From an uncultured Candidatus Rokubacteria bacterium (GTDB lineage Bacteria; Methylomirabilota; Methylomirabilia; Rokubacteriales; CSP1-6), in the NCBI GenBank assembly GCA_963754315.1, contig CAVWFS010000019.1, forward strand, positions 384,001-448,000: a DNA stretch of 64,000 nucleotides. The letters are read 5' to 3'. Below are positions 29,949 to 39,467 of this stretch, piece by piece (position 1 is the first letter of the stretch; every line of letters begins with the position of its first letter). The translations under genes and the position numbers were made by a program. Below the pieces are notes generated by a model. That model had not been told where the DNA came from. It was given only the letters and a program-made list of their open reading frames with translations, and did not search any database.

Positions 29949-30454
29949 GCGGACTCCGGACGTCCAGAGATGTTCACGTCAGCCATCTCCACCCCGACCA
30001 CGGCCATGGCGGCGATTCCCTCACGGCGGCCCAGCAGGCCGAGACCCTCAGGGCTCTTGGCCTTGACACTGACCGCGTCGATGGGGAGCATCAACGTTTC
30101 GGCCAGCCGCCTGGCCATCTCGGGCAAGTACTCGGCGAGGCGCGGTGCCTGCGCCAGTACGGTTCCATCCACGTTGACCAACCGCCCGCCGCGGGCCTCC
30201 ACCAGGGCCACCACCTCGCGAAGCAGGATCAGACTTGAGATGCCGCGATACCGGGGATCGGTGTCTGGAAAATGCCGGCCCAGGTCTCCGAGGGCAAGTG
30301 CACCGAGCAGGGCCTCGCCCACCGCGTGGGACAGCACGTCAGCATCGGAGTGACCGCCCAGTCCCCGATCCGAGGGCACCGTGACCCCGCCCAGCACCAA
30401 CGGTCTTCCCGCCACCAGCGGATGCAGATCGAAGCCGAGGCCCACTCGGGTCAT
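29945..30454 (-). CDS. ispF: 2-C-methyl-D-erythritol 2,4-cyclodiphosphate synthase
   Basis: RVGLGFDLH, GHSDADV, GDLGRHFPD. Confidence 0.96.
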   Translation of the reverse strand: MTRVGLGFDLHPLVAGRPLVLGGVTVPSDRGLGGHSDADVLSHAVGEALLGALALGDLGRHFPDTDPRYRGISSLILLREVVALVEARGGRLVNVDGTVLAQAPRLAEYLPEMARRLAETLMLPIDAVSVKAKSPEGLGLLGRREGIAAMAVVGVEMADVNISGRPESA

Positions 30455-30774
30455 TGTAAAGGAGGTTGGGAGGTCGCCTTGCAGCGTGGGTGGCCTGTTC
30501 CAGGCGCGCGTGGCGTCATTGTAAAGGAGGTTGGGAGGTCGCCTTGCAGCGTGGGTGGCCTGTTCCAGGCGCGCGTGGCGTCATTGTAAAGGAGGTTGGG
30601 AGGTCGCCTTGCAGCGTGGGTGGCCTGTTCCAGGCGCGCGTGGCGTCATTGTAAAGGAGGTTGGGAGGTCGCCTTGCAGCGTGGGTGGCCTGTTCCAGGC
30701 GCGCGTGGCGTCATTGTAAAGGAGGTTGGGAGGTCGCCTTGCAGCGTGGGTGGCCTGTTCCAGGCGCGCGTGGC
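30450..30774. repeat. Perfect tandem repeat, 5 x 65 bp, spanning the ispD stop and ispF start
   Basis: Unit GTCATTGTAAAGGAGGTTGGGAGGTCGCCTTGCAGCGTGGGTGGCCTGTTCCAGGCGCGCGTGGC at 30450, 30515, 30580, 30645, 30710; no spacers. Confidence 0.97.
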
Positions 30775-31496
30775 TGCGCCTTCGCCGCCAATTTGCTCCG
30801 CGGAATTGCCCGGGCACGGGCACGACGCAGATCCTCGGGGGTGGTGATCTTCACGTTCTGGGTGAGTCCGGGCACGACCCGTACGGGGTGCCCGAGGAGT
30901 TCCACGAGCATCGCGTCGTCGGTCCCGACGACCCCGTCACGACGGGCCTTGTCATGAGCTTCGCGCAGCAGATCGGCGCGGAAGCCTTGGGGGGTCTGGA
31001 CGGCCCACAACCCCCGGCGATCGACCGTCTGCCGAACAAGGCCGTCCTCGACCCGCTTGACCGTCTCGGCAATGGGGCGCGCGCAGACGGCAGCGCCGGT
31101 CTCGGCGGCGGCATGCAGCACCGCATCGATGAGCGACCGCGTGACAAAGGGACGTACAGCATCGTGGACGAGAACGATATCGGCATCCTCGGGCACCATC
31201 TGCAGACCACGCCACACGGACTCCTGTCGCTCGGCCCCGCCCTCGACGATACTGATGGTCACCCGCCCGCCCAAGCTCGCAAGCGCCAGGCGCGCACGTC
31301 GCAGATGGGCACGAGGGGCCGCGACCACGAGCATCGTCACCGCCGGGTGGGCAGTGAACCGGCTGGCCGTCGCGGCGAGGATTGGCTCGCCGGCCAGCCG
31401 CATGAACTGCTTGGGCACCCGTCCTCCCATCCGCGCGCCGCTGCCGCCGGCCGGGATGACGACGGCGACCCTAGGCCGTGCGCCTCGTCGCCTCAT
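30711..31496 (-). CDS. ispD: 2-C-methyl-D-erythritol 4-phosphate cytidylyltransferase
   Basis: PAGGSGARMG..PKQF, VLVHDAVRP, VQTPQGF, NVKITTPED; C-terminal tail encoded by the repeat. Confidence 0.96.
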   Translation of the reverse strand: MRRRGARPRVAVVIPAGGSGARMGGRVPKQFMRLAGEPILAATASRFTAHPAVTMLVVAAPRAHLRRARLALASLGGRVTISIVEGGAERQESVWRGLQMVPEDADIVLVHDAVRPFVTRSLIDAVLHAAAETGAAVCARPIAETVKRVEDGLVRQTVDRRGLWAVQTPQGFRADLLREAHDKARRDGVVGTDDAMLVELLGHPVRVVPGLTQNVKITTPEDLRRARARAIPRSKLAAKAQPRAPGTGHPRCKATSQPPLQ

Positions 31497-32860
31497 CCGA
31501 GTAAGCCCTCCAGGGCCTCGGCCACGGTTGCCACTCCTTCGACCTCAAGCGGCAGCGGCGGCGGGTCAATCAGATTGCTGGCGGGCACCACGGCCCGCTG
31601 GAAGCCAAGAGCAGCAGCTTCCCGGAGTCGAATCGGCAGACCGGTCACCGCCCGCACCTCGCCGGTGAGACCGACCTCGCCCAGCACGATCACCTCGCCG
31701 CGCACGGGACGCTCCATATAGCTGGAGGCGGCTGCGATGACGATACCGAGATCGGCGGCCGGTTCCATGACCCGGCCTCCACCGGCGACGTTGACGAAGA
31801 CATCCTGGTTTCCGAGCGGGACGCCGCCGCGTTTCTCCAGCACGGCAAGCAGGAGGCACACGCGGTTGTAGTCGGCGCCGAGCACGGTCCGGCGTGGAGT
31901 GCCGAACGCGGCCGACGCGACCAGCGCCTGCAACTCGAGCAGGAGGGGCCGCGTTCCCTCCAGGCTCGACACGATGACCGAACCCGGCGTGTCCTTGGGT
32001 CGCTCGGCGAGAAAAAACCCGGAGGGGTTCTTGACCTCGATCAACCCTCCCTCGCCCATCTGGAAGACGCCGAGCTCATTGGTCGACCCGAAGCGGTTCT
32101 TCACCGCCCGTAGCACGCGATAGGCGTGATGCCGTTCACCCTCGAAGTAGAGCACGGTGTCTACCAGGTGCTCGAGGACACGGGGTCCGGCGAGGGCACC
32201 CTCCTTGGTGACGTGACCCACGATGAACGTGGCCAGGCCCCGGCCCTTGGCCATCGAGAGCAAGCGGCCTCCACACTCCCGCACCTGCGCCACACTCCCA
32301 GGCGCCGACTCCAGCTCCGGCAAGTAGACGGTCTGGATGGAATCCACGATCAGCGCGTGCGGCCGGATCTCGTCGAGGCTCGCATGAACCCGAGAGAGGT
32401 CGTTCTCAGCCCAGAGGAGCAGGCCATCGCCGCTCACTCCGAGGCGATCGGCGCGCAGCTTGACCTGCGCCGTCGACTCCTCAGCCGAGACATAGAGCAC
32501 GGGCGGATCCACCTCCGCCAGCGCTCGCGCTGCCTGCAGGAGCAAGGTGCTCTTGCCGGCGCCGGGTTCACCACCGATCAGCACCAGTGAACCCTTGACC
32601 ACCCCGCCTCCCAGCACGCGATCCAGCTCGCCGATACGGGTGAGGCGCCGATCACCTTCCTCGCTGGCGATGTCTTTGAGGGCCAGGGGCCTGCTCGCCG
32701 CAACCACCGCCGACCGCGAGCTGCGCGCTCCCCGGGCGCGTTCCTCGACGAGGGGGACGAGCTCGCCCGTGAGGCGTCGGCAGTCGGGACACGTGCCCGG
32801 CTTTGGGCTCGCGAACCCGCACTGCTGACACCGGTAGACGCTCGATTCGCGTGCTGTCAC
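31493..32860 (-). CDS. radA: DNA repair protein RadA/Sms
   Basis: C4 Zn finger, GEPGAGKST, KNRFG motif, Lon-like C-terminus. Confidence 0.97.
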   Translation of the reverse strand: MTARESSVYRCQQCGFASPKPGTCPDCRRLTGELVPLVEERARGARSSRSAVVAASRPLALKDIASEEGDRRLTRIGELDRVLGGGVVKGSLVLIGGEPGAGKSTLLLQAARALAEVDPPVLYVSAEESTAQVKLRADRLGVSGDGLLLWAENDLSRVHASLDEIRPHALIVDSIQTVYLPELESAPGSVAQVRECGGRLLSMAKGRGLATFIVGHVTKEGALAGPRVLEHLVDTVLYFEGERHHAYRVLRAVKNRFGSTNELGVFQMGEGGLIEVKNPSGFFLAERPKDTPGSVIVSSLEGTRPLLLELQALVASAAFGTPRRTVLGADYNRVCLLLAVLEKRGGVPLGNQDVFVNVAGGGRVMEPAADLGIVIAAASSYMERPVRGEVIVLGEVGLTGEVRAVTGLPIRLREAAALGFQRAVVPASNLIDPPPLPLEVEGVATVAEALEGLLG

Positions 32861-34047
32861 TTCTTCTCCCCCTCGCGGCCCAGGCTTCGGATGAGGCTAC
32901 GCAGGAGGAAACTGCGGCTGGCCCCGTCGAGAACGGCGACCAGACGATCGTACACGGTGGGATCGACGACGAGCGCACCCAGGGTGCCCTCACCCTCGTT
33001 GATCTTCTCGGTAATCGACCGCAAGTTGGCCAATGTGATCCGTAGGTCTTGAGACACCTGTCGGAGGTCGTCGCCCCCATCGTCCCGGACAAGACTGCCG
33101 AGCATCCCGCGCCCCGCAGCAACCCGATCCGTCACCTCGCGCAGGTTCCCGGCCACGGCCTTCAGATCATCGAGCACGGGCCGGTACTTCGGGTCGAAGA
33201 GCAGACCGGGCAGCAACCCTTTCTCGTCCTCCGGGCGCTCGACCATGAGGGCCAAGCGGTCCATCGCGGCAACGAGGCGGCGCGCCGCCTCGCCACTTTG
33301 CTCGCTGGTGAGTACACCGGCTGCTCCCTCGCCGCGCTCGACGCGAGCCACTACTCTGTCGGCCTTCGCGATGAGCTCGTTGACCTGGGCGAGGGCCCGG
33401 GGTTCGTCATAGAGCAGCGAATGCGCGAGGCCCGGACCGCGCTCGACGCGGTCGAGGATCCGAACCATCCGGTCCGTCATGCCTCGCGCGGCCCCCACCG
33501 TGGCTGCCGCCTCCTGGATCACCTTCGACTGGTTGAGACTTTCCGTGGTCTCGCGCAGGCTCTCGGCGAGAGCGGTGACGCTCTTCATTGTCTGCGCGCC
33601 CTCGCCCACCAGCCGAGCGATGTCCATGGGATCGGACGATTCGAGCACGTCGCCCGCCTTGAGGGCCGGAGTCGTCGCCGTTCCCGCCGTGATCTCGACG
33701 ATCCGGTCACCGAGAAGTCCCTGGGTTTCCAGGCGCGCCACAGAGTCTTTCCGGATGCGATTGGCGAACTGGCGGCCGATAGTCAGGTCGACCCGGACCT
33801 TGCCGCCCGGCTCGGGGGCAAGGTCGACCGCCGTCACCCGCCCGATCTGCACACCGGCCAGGCGCACAGTGGCGCCCTCGCGTAAGCCGCCCACCTCGGT
33901 GAAATCGGCGTGGACGGTGTAGCGGGACTCGAAGAGCCGGGCGCTGGCGCCAAGGACGTAGATCACGGCGATGAAGGCCACGAGAGCGCTCACCACGAAG
34001 ACCCCGACACGGATCCTCATCCACCGTTCGCGGGCCTCCTGGTTCAT
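32857..34047 (-). CDS. MCE/MlaD-family substrate-binding protein with long helical extension
   Basis: N-terminal TM, GLREGATVRLAGVQIGRV and TQGLLGD MCE motifs. Confidence 0.9.
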   Translation of the reverse strand: MNQEARERWMRIRVGVFVVSALVAFIAVIYVLGASARLFESRYTVHADFTEVGGLREGATVRLAGVQIGRVTAVDLAPEPGGKVRVDLTIGRQFANRIRKDSVARLETQGLLGDRIVEITAGTATTPALKAGDVLESSDPMDIARLVGEGAQTMKSVTALAESLRETTESLNQSKVIQEAAATVGAARGMTDRMVRILDRVERGPGLAHSLLYDEPRALAQVNELIAKADRVVARVERGEGAAGVLTSEQSGEAARRLVAAMDRLALMVERPEDEKGLLPGLLFDPKYRPVLDDLKAVAGNLREVTDRVAAGRGMLGSLVRDDGGDDLRQVSQDLRITLANLRSITEKINEGEGTLGALVVDPTVYDRLVAVLDGASRSFLLRSLIRSLGREGEKK

Positions 34048-34790
34048 GGCGCTCTCAGGTCACCGGCCAGGAACGCTTGCACGTCGGCGGAAGGCGAGTC
34101 CATCACGGCCTGGAGCGGCCCGCTCACGGCGAATCGTCCGCGGATGAGGATGGACACCCGGTCGGCAATGGTCTTGGCGAGCTCGATATCGTGCGTGACC
34201 ACCATGGCCGTGTCGCACACTCCCGCCCCGAGCTCGGCGATCAGCTCGGCCACGAGCTTGGCGTTCGTCGGGTCGAGCCCGGCCGTCGGCTCGTCGAAGA
34301 GCAGGACTTCCGGCTCGCCGATGAGAGCCCGAGCGATCCCCACCCGCTTGCGCATCCCTCCCGACAGGTCGGCCGGCAACATGGGCAGGATGTCCTCCGC
34401 CAGGCCGACCTGCGACAGGTAGTGGACGACCTTGCGGAGGACCTCCGGCTCGGCGAGCTTGCGGTGCTCGCGTAACGGGTATGCCACGTTCTCGTACACG
34501 GACAGCGAGTCGAATAGGGCCGCTCCCTGGAACACGTAGCCGAGGCGCCGCCGCAGGGGCAGCAGCTGCTCTTCGGCCATGCGTTCGATGTTGGTCCCGA
34601 AGAGCTGGATCTGACCCGAATCGGGACTGATGAGGCCAGCCGTCAGGCGGAGCATCACGGTCTTGCCGGAGCCGCTCCCTCCCATCACCACGTGGGTCTC
34701 GCCCTTAGGGAGGGCGAGGGACACGCCCTGGAGCACGGGCGCGCTCTCGAACGACTTGTACACGTCGACCAGCTCCACGAGAGGCGCCAT
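34044..34790 (-). CDS. mlaF: MlaF-type ABC ATPase
   Basis: GGSGSGKT, FQGAALFDSL, LSGGMRKRVGIARA, DEPTAGLDP; start at ATG 34790. Confidence 0.9.
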   Translation of the reverse strand: MAPLVELVDVYKSFESAPVLQGVSLALPKGETHVVMGGSGSGKTVMLRLTAGLISPDSGQIQLFGTNIERMAEEQLLPLRRRLGYVFQGAALFDSLSVYENVAYPLREHRKLAEPEVLRKVVHYLSQVGLAEDILPMLPADLSGGMRKRVGIARALIGEPEVLLFDEPTAGLDPTNAKLVAELIAELGAGVCDTAMVVTHDIELAKTIADRVSILIRGRFAVSGPLQAVMDSPSADVQAFLAGDLRAP

Positions 34791-35551
34791 CACCAGAAGA
34801 TCATGAGAAAGAGCTTGGTGAGAAAAAAGTCGGAGACGATGACGGCCATCGCCACCTGCACCACGGTTGCCGTGGTAGCCCGTCCGAGGCCTTCGGTGCC
34901 CCCCTCGGTGCGGAGGCCATTGGCGCAGCCGATGAGGGTCACGATGGCGCCGAAGCATACGCTCTTGGCGATGCCGGTCAGAAAATCCCGTGGGACCACC
35001 CAGTAGGCGGTGACGTTCCAGTAGACATAGAGGTCCGTTCCCCGCTCCAGGAACATGGTCAGCATACCGCCCAGCACGCCGAACACGTCGGCCAGCACGG
35101 TGAGCAGAGGGAACACGATCACGGCTGCCAGCAAGCGAGGGACGACGAGGCGCTTGACGTAGTTGACCCCGAGCGTCCTGAGCGCATCGATCTGCTCGGT
35201 CACCTTCATTGAACCGAGCTCGGCGGTGATGCCGGAAGCCACCTTGCCACCCACCAGGATCGCGGTGAGCACCGGGCCCAGCTCGCGGAAGATGGCCATG
35301 GTGACGAGCGGACCCACGTAGTTCTCGGCCCCGAAGCGCGCCATGTTGATGGCACTCTGCAGAGCGAATACCATGCCCGTGAAGGCAGCGGCGGTCAGGG
35401 CCACCCCGAGTGAACGCACGCCCATGACCTCGATCTCGCGCATCACCAGCCGCCAGTATGCGGGCGGCAGGGCCAGGTTGCGCGCGACCTTGACGGTCAG
35501 CAGGCCGACGTCGCCGTACCACATGAGGGCCCGCCTGAGAGTCGTCTCCAT
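34790..35551 (-). CDS. mlaE: MlaE-type ABC permease
   Basis: RELGPVLTAIL, AELGSMKVTEQIDAL, VVPRLLA. Confidence 0.92.
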   Translation of the reverse strand: METTLRRALMWYGDVGLLTVKVARNLALPPAYWRLVMREIEVMGVRSLGVALTAAAFTGMVFALQSAINMARFGAENYVGPLVTMAIFRELGPVLTAILVGGKVASGITAELGSMKVTEQIDALRTLGVNYVKRLVVPRLLAAVIVFPLLTVLADVFGVLGGMLTMFLERGTDLYVYWNVTAYWVVPRDFLTGIAKSVCFGAIVTLIGCANGLRTEGGTEGLGRATTATVVQVAMAVIVSDFFLTKLFLMIFW

Positions 35552-35569
35552 ATGAGGCCCTCACTCGCG

Positions 35570-36076
35570 TCAGTCGAGGACGAACGTCCCGACCAGGCGC
35601 CGGAAGTCCCCCCGCCACGTCGCGAAGTCTTCGGGAGCGGCCGCATAGAGCAGGTCGTACACGCAGCGGTCGTCGCGCGCGACGTACAGCTCGACGCGCA
35701 CCCGGTCACTGCGTAGCCCGCTCTGACCTTCGACCACCATGTGTGCCGCCTCCCGCCCCGCGATCGAGGCGACGTCCTGCTCATGCACCTCGCGCGCGGA
35801 AAATCCCGCCAGAATCTCTCGCGTGAGCACGTTCACCGTGCTCTGGCTCCGGCGCGACTCGCATGACGCGTTAACCAGAATCCCCGCCTTCGCCTCCCGG
35901 TGTCGCAGCTCGAGGTCCGCCCGACTGTTCCGAATCGGCTGCCAGTCCGACCCGGGCAGGGTCAGACGGTAGCCCTTGCTCGAGTGATACGCGCCCGGCA
36001 ACTCCTGTCGTCCGGCACAGGCTGCCAGCACGAGCGTGATTCCGGCGCCGGCGCAGACTGCCTGCCACCGCCGCAC
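35570..36076 (-). CDS. Putative lipoprotein, possibly PsbP/DcrB-like fold
   Basis: Signal peptide with lipobox LAAC; GYRLTLP..W and FRRLVGTF patterns; fold is inference. Confidence 0.6.
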   Translation of the reverse strand: MRRWQAVCAGAGITLVLAACAGRQELPGAYHSSKGYRLTLPGSDWQPIRNSRADLELRHREAKAGILVNASCESRRSQSTVNVLTREILAGFSAREVHEQDVASIAGREAAHMVVEGQSGLRSDRVRVELYVARDDRCVYDLLYAAAPEDFATWRGDFRRLVGTFVLD

Positions 36077-36082
36077 CGGACG

Positions 36083-36718
36083 TCAGCCGCTCTGAGAGGC
36101 GCGGTCCGTGTGGCGGCGATCCAGCTCTTCCAGCACCGCCCGCACGGTGAGGCCCCGCTCTGCCAACAGGACAATGGTGTGAAACCAGAGATCGGCCAGC
36201 TCGGCCACCACGCGCTGATCGCCTTCGCGGCCCAGCGCGGCCGTCACGACCTCGATCGCCTCCTCGCCGATTTTTCGGCAGATGGCTGCCTCTCCGCGCG
36301 CCAGCAGGGCACCAACGTAAGAGCCGGCCGGGGCAGACACCTTCCTCTCCCGCACGATTCCCTCGAGCCGCTCGAGCATGGTGGCTGCCACCGGCCGCTC
36401 ACCGGTCAGTGCCCGAAAGAAGCAACTCCGATGGCCGGTGTGGCACGCCACACCCTCCTGTCGGACCTGGACGAGGAGCGTATCGGCGTCACAATCGACG
36501 TAGACGGCCCGGACGTGCTGAACGTGGCCCGATGTCTCTCCCTTCTGCCAGAGCGCGCGGCGCGTGCGTGACCAGAAGTGGGCGAGCCCGGTCCGCAAGG
36601 TGGTCTCTACCGCAACCCGATCCATCCAGGCCACCATCAGCAGCTCGCCGGTGGACGCCTCCTGGACCACAGCCGGGATCAGCCCCTGGTCGTCGAAGCG
36701 CAGGTCGTCGATCGTCAC
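36083..36718 (-). CDS. hisIE: Bifunctional PR-AMP cyclohydrolase / PR-ATP pyrophosphohydrolase
   Basis: [36 protein letters not shown]; start at GTG 36718. Confidence 0.95.
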   Translation of the reverse strand: MTIDDLRFDDQGLIPAVVQEASTGELLMVAWMDRVAVETTLRTGLAHFWSRTRRALWQKGETSGHVQHVRAVYVDCDADTLLVQVRQEGVACHTGHRSCFFRALTGERPVAATMLERLEGIVRERKVSAPAGSYVGALLARGEAAICRKIGEEAIEVVTAALGREGDQRVVAELADLWFHTIVLLAERGLTVRAVLEELDRRHTDRASQSG

Positions 36719-36722
36719 GTCA

Positions 36723-37511
36723 TCATTCCTCGAGGCGAACCTCAATACCCCGCTCCCGCAGATAGCACTTGGCCTCGGCGAGGCTATGAATCCCGAAGTG
36801 GAAGATAGAAGCGGCGAGGACGGCATCCGCCTTGCCCTCTTCGAGTCCTTCCCGCAGATGCTCGAGAGAGCCGGCCCCTCCCGAGGCGATGACGGGAACG
36901 GTCACGGCTTCGGACACGGTCCGGGTGAGCTCGAGGTCGTAGCCGTCCTTGGTGCCGTCGCGGTCCATGCTCGTGAGCAGGATTTCCCCCGCCCCTCGTT
37001 CCACCGCCTCCCGGGCCCATTGCACGGCGTCGCGACCCGCGGAGCGTCGCCCGCCGTGGGTGTACACGGACCAGGAGGGCCAACCACCAGGGCTCCCCGA
37101 TCGCTCGGGATCGCGGCGAGCATCGATGGCCACCACGATGCACTGGCTCCCGAAGCGCTCGGCCGCTTCGAGGATCAGCTCGGGGCGCGCCAGGGCGGCC
37201 GTGTTGAGCGAAATCTTGTCAGCTCCCGCGCGTAGCAAGGCGCGGACGTCGTCGACGCCACGCACGCCACCGCCCACCGTGAGGGGCATGTAGATCCCTT
37301 CCGCCGTCCTCCGGACCACGTCGAGCATCACGTCGCGCCCTTCGTGCGAGGCCGTGATGTCGAGAAAGACCAGCTCATCGGCGCCCTGGGCGTCGTACGC
37401 AAGGGCCGCCTCGACCGGATCGCCTGCATCTCGGAGGTCGACGAAGCGAACTCCCTTCACCACGCGTCCGTCCTTGACGTCGAGGCACGGGATCACGCGC
37501 TTGGCGAGCAT
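36723..37511 (-). CDS. hisF: Imidazole glycerol phosphate synthase cyclase subunit
   Basis: [23 protein letters not shown]. Confidence 0.98.
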   Translation of the reverse strand: MLAKRVIPCLDVKDGRVVKGVRFVDLRDAGDPVEAALAYDAQGADELVFLDITASHEGRDVMLDVVRRTAEGIYMPLTVGGGVRGVDDVRALLRAGADKISLNTAALARPELILEAAERFGSQCIVVAIDARRDPERSGSPGGWPSWSVYTHGGRRSAGRDAVQWAREAVERGAGEILLTSMDRDGTKDGYDLELTRTVSEAVTVPVIASGGAGSLEHLREGLEEGKADAVLAASIFHFGIHSLAEAKCYLRERGIEVRLEE

Positions 37512-38239
37512 GCCACACTCGAGCCGATCGCGGTGAGAGCCTCGCGAAGATCGATGGTGCCGATGTAGAGCGCACGTCCGACGACAGCGCCCGCCACGCC
37601 GGGCAGAGTGGCGAGCGCGCGCAGATCGTCGAGCTGGCCCACCCCGCCCGAGGCGAGCACGGGCAAGGCCACCGCGTCAGCGAGGGTCGCCGTTGCCTCG
37701 AGATTTGGCCCGAGCCCAGTGCCGTCGCGGCTCACGTCCGTGTAGAGGAGGGCGGCCGCGCCCGCCGCCAGGGCTCGACGCGCCACCTCGACTACCGTCT
37801 GGCCGGTAAGCTCGGTCCAACCCTTGACGGCCACGCGATCGCCATGGGCATCCACCGCCACGATGATCCGATCGGGCCAGCGACGGCCGATGGCGGCCAG
37901 GAATGTCGGGTCGAGCGCCGCTCGCGTGCCGACCACGGCCCAGCGGGCACCCGCCGCCAGGACGGCCTCGATCGCCGCCTCGTCTCGCAAGCCCCCACCA
38001 ACTTCCACCGGGACCGGCGCCACTGCCGCGATCATCCTGGCCACGAGCGCCGTCTGTCGCGGCGCGCCGAGGAAGGCGCCGTCGAGGTCGACGACGTGCA
38101 AGCGGGCGGCGCCCAGCGAAGCCCAGCGGACCGCTGCCGCCACCGGGTCGTCGCCGAAGACCGTCTCCGCGTCGGGGCGACCCTGGCGTAGGCGTACGCA
38201 GCGCCCCTCGCGCACGTCGACGGCCGGAATGACGATCAT
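37493..38239 (-). CDS. hisA: ProFAR isomerase
   Basis: [30 protein letters not shown]; start at ATG 38239. Confidence 0.96.
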   Translation of the reverse strand: MIVIPAVDVREGRCVRLRQGRPDAETVFGDDPVAAAVRWASLGAARLHVVDLDGAFLGAPRQTALVARMIAAVAPVPVEVGGGLRDEAAIEAVLAAGARWAVVGTRAALDPTFLAAIGRRWPDRIIVAVDAHGDRVAVKGWTELTGQTVVEVARRALAAGAAALLYTDVSRDGTGLGPNLEATATLADAVALPVLASGGVGQLDDLRALATLPGVAGAVVGRALYIGTIDLREALTAIGSSVACSPSA

Positions 38240-38865
38240 GCCCGCGCCAGTGCGTGCTCCCGGACCAGAACGGCAAAGTTCTCGAGCAGCCGTGTCCCCC
38301 AGCCCTGGCTCTTCTCGGGATGGAACTGGGTGCCTGCGATGAGCCCCTGCTCCATGGCTGCGGGGAACCTCACGCCGTAGTCGCACCAGGCGAAGGCACG
38401 CCCGGCGGGCGAGGTCGGCTCCGGATAGTAGGAGTGGACGAAGTAGAAGTGGGCGCCGTCCGGAATCCCGTCGAACAGCCGCAACTGCCCACCATGATTG
38501 ACGCGGTTCCAGCCCATGTGCGGAATCTTCGGTCCGGACGGGAAGCGCCGGACCCGTCCCGGGATTACGTCCAGGCCGCGTCCCTCACCGAACTCCTCGC
38601 TTACCGAGAACAGCAACTGGTAGCCAAGGCAGATCCCCAGGAAGGGACGACTCCCATCGAGCGCGCGCCGCAAGGCCGAGAGGAGTCCGAGTCTCGCGAG
38701 ACTGCCCATGGCATCGTGAAAGGCCCCGTCACCCGGGATCACCACGGCATCAGCACCCTCCACGACCGGCGCCTGATCGGTGACCACGGCCGGCACGCCA
38801 ACCCGCGCAAACGCGCGCTGGACGCTGGCCAGGTTTCCACGCCCGTAGTCGACGATGGCGATCAC
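38236..38865 (-). CDS. hisH: Imidazole glycerol phosphate synthase glutaminase subunit
   Basis: IVDYGRGNL, GICLG, PHMGWN, QFHPEKS; start at GTG 38865. Confidence 0.96.
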   Translation of the reverse strand: MIAIVDYGRGNLASVQRAFARVGVPAVVTDQAPVVEGADAVVIPGDGAFHDAMGSLARLGLLSALRRALDGSRPFLGICLGYQLLFSVSEEFGEGRGLDVIPGRVRRFPSGPKIPHMGWNRVNHGGQLRLFDGIPDGAHFYFVHSYYPEPTSPAGRAFAWCDYGVRFPAAMEQGLIAGTQFHPEKSQGWGTRLLENFAVLVREHALARA

Positions 38866-39467
38866 AGCATGCCCTTGGTCGAGGGCAGGACCCCCGCGAT
38901 CCGCGGGTTGAGGCGAGTGGCCTCGGCCAGCGCCCGGCCGACTGCCTTGAACACGGCCTCGGCCACATGGTGGAGGTTTTCCCCCGAATGCATGATCACG
39001 TGGAGGTTCAGCTTGCCCTCGGTGGCAAAGGCGCGGAAAAAGTCCTTGAGCAGATCGAGATCGAAGTTGGACACACGGGTACGTTGCACTGGTACGTTGA
39101 AGACCAGGTAGGGTCGACCGGACAGGTCCACCGAAGCCTGGACGAGGGTCTCGTCCATTGGCACGAACGCCGTCCCGAACCGAACGATGCCCTTCTTGTC
39201 GCCGAGGGCCTCGTCGAGGGCTTGCCCGAGAACGAGTCCCACGTCCTCGACGGTGTGGTGCAGGTCGACCTCCAGGTCTCCTCTGGCGTCCACGGCCAGG
39301 TCCATGAGTCCGTGCTTGGACCACGCCTCGAGCATGTGACTGAAGAAGGGGATGCCCGTCTCGATCTTGGCGCTGCCCGTGCCGTCCAGGTTGAGCTGCA
39401 GCAGAATCTGCGTCTCCTTTGTCTTTCGCTCCACCCGCGCCTGTCGGGGGACGAGCTCAGCGCTCAT
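38862..39467 (-). CDS. hisB: Imidazoleglycerol-phosphate dehydratase
   Basis: RKTKETQI, HHTVED, NLHHVAEAVFKA, PSTKGML; start at ATG 39467. Confidence 0.96.
   Translation of the reverse strand: MSAELVPRQARVERKTKETQILLQLNLDGTGSAKIETGIPFFSHMLEAWSKHGLMDLAVDARGDLEVDLHHTVEDVGLVLGQALDEALGDKKGIVRFGTAFVPMDETLVQASVDLSGRPYLVFNVPVQRTRVSNFDLDLLKDFFRAFATEGKLNLHVIMHSGENLHHVAEAVFKAVGRALAEATRLNPRIAGVLPSTKGML

Noticed and set aside
30450..30774. 65-bp periodicity suggestive of a CRISPR array
   Set aside because: Units are identical along their whole length, with no unique spacers and no cas genes in the window
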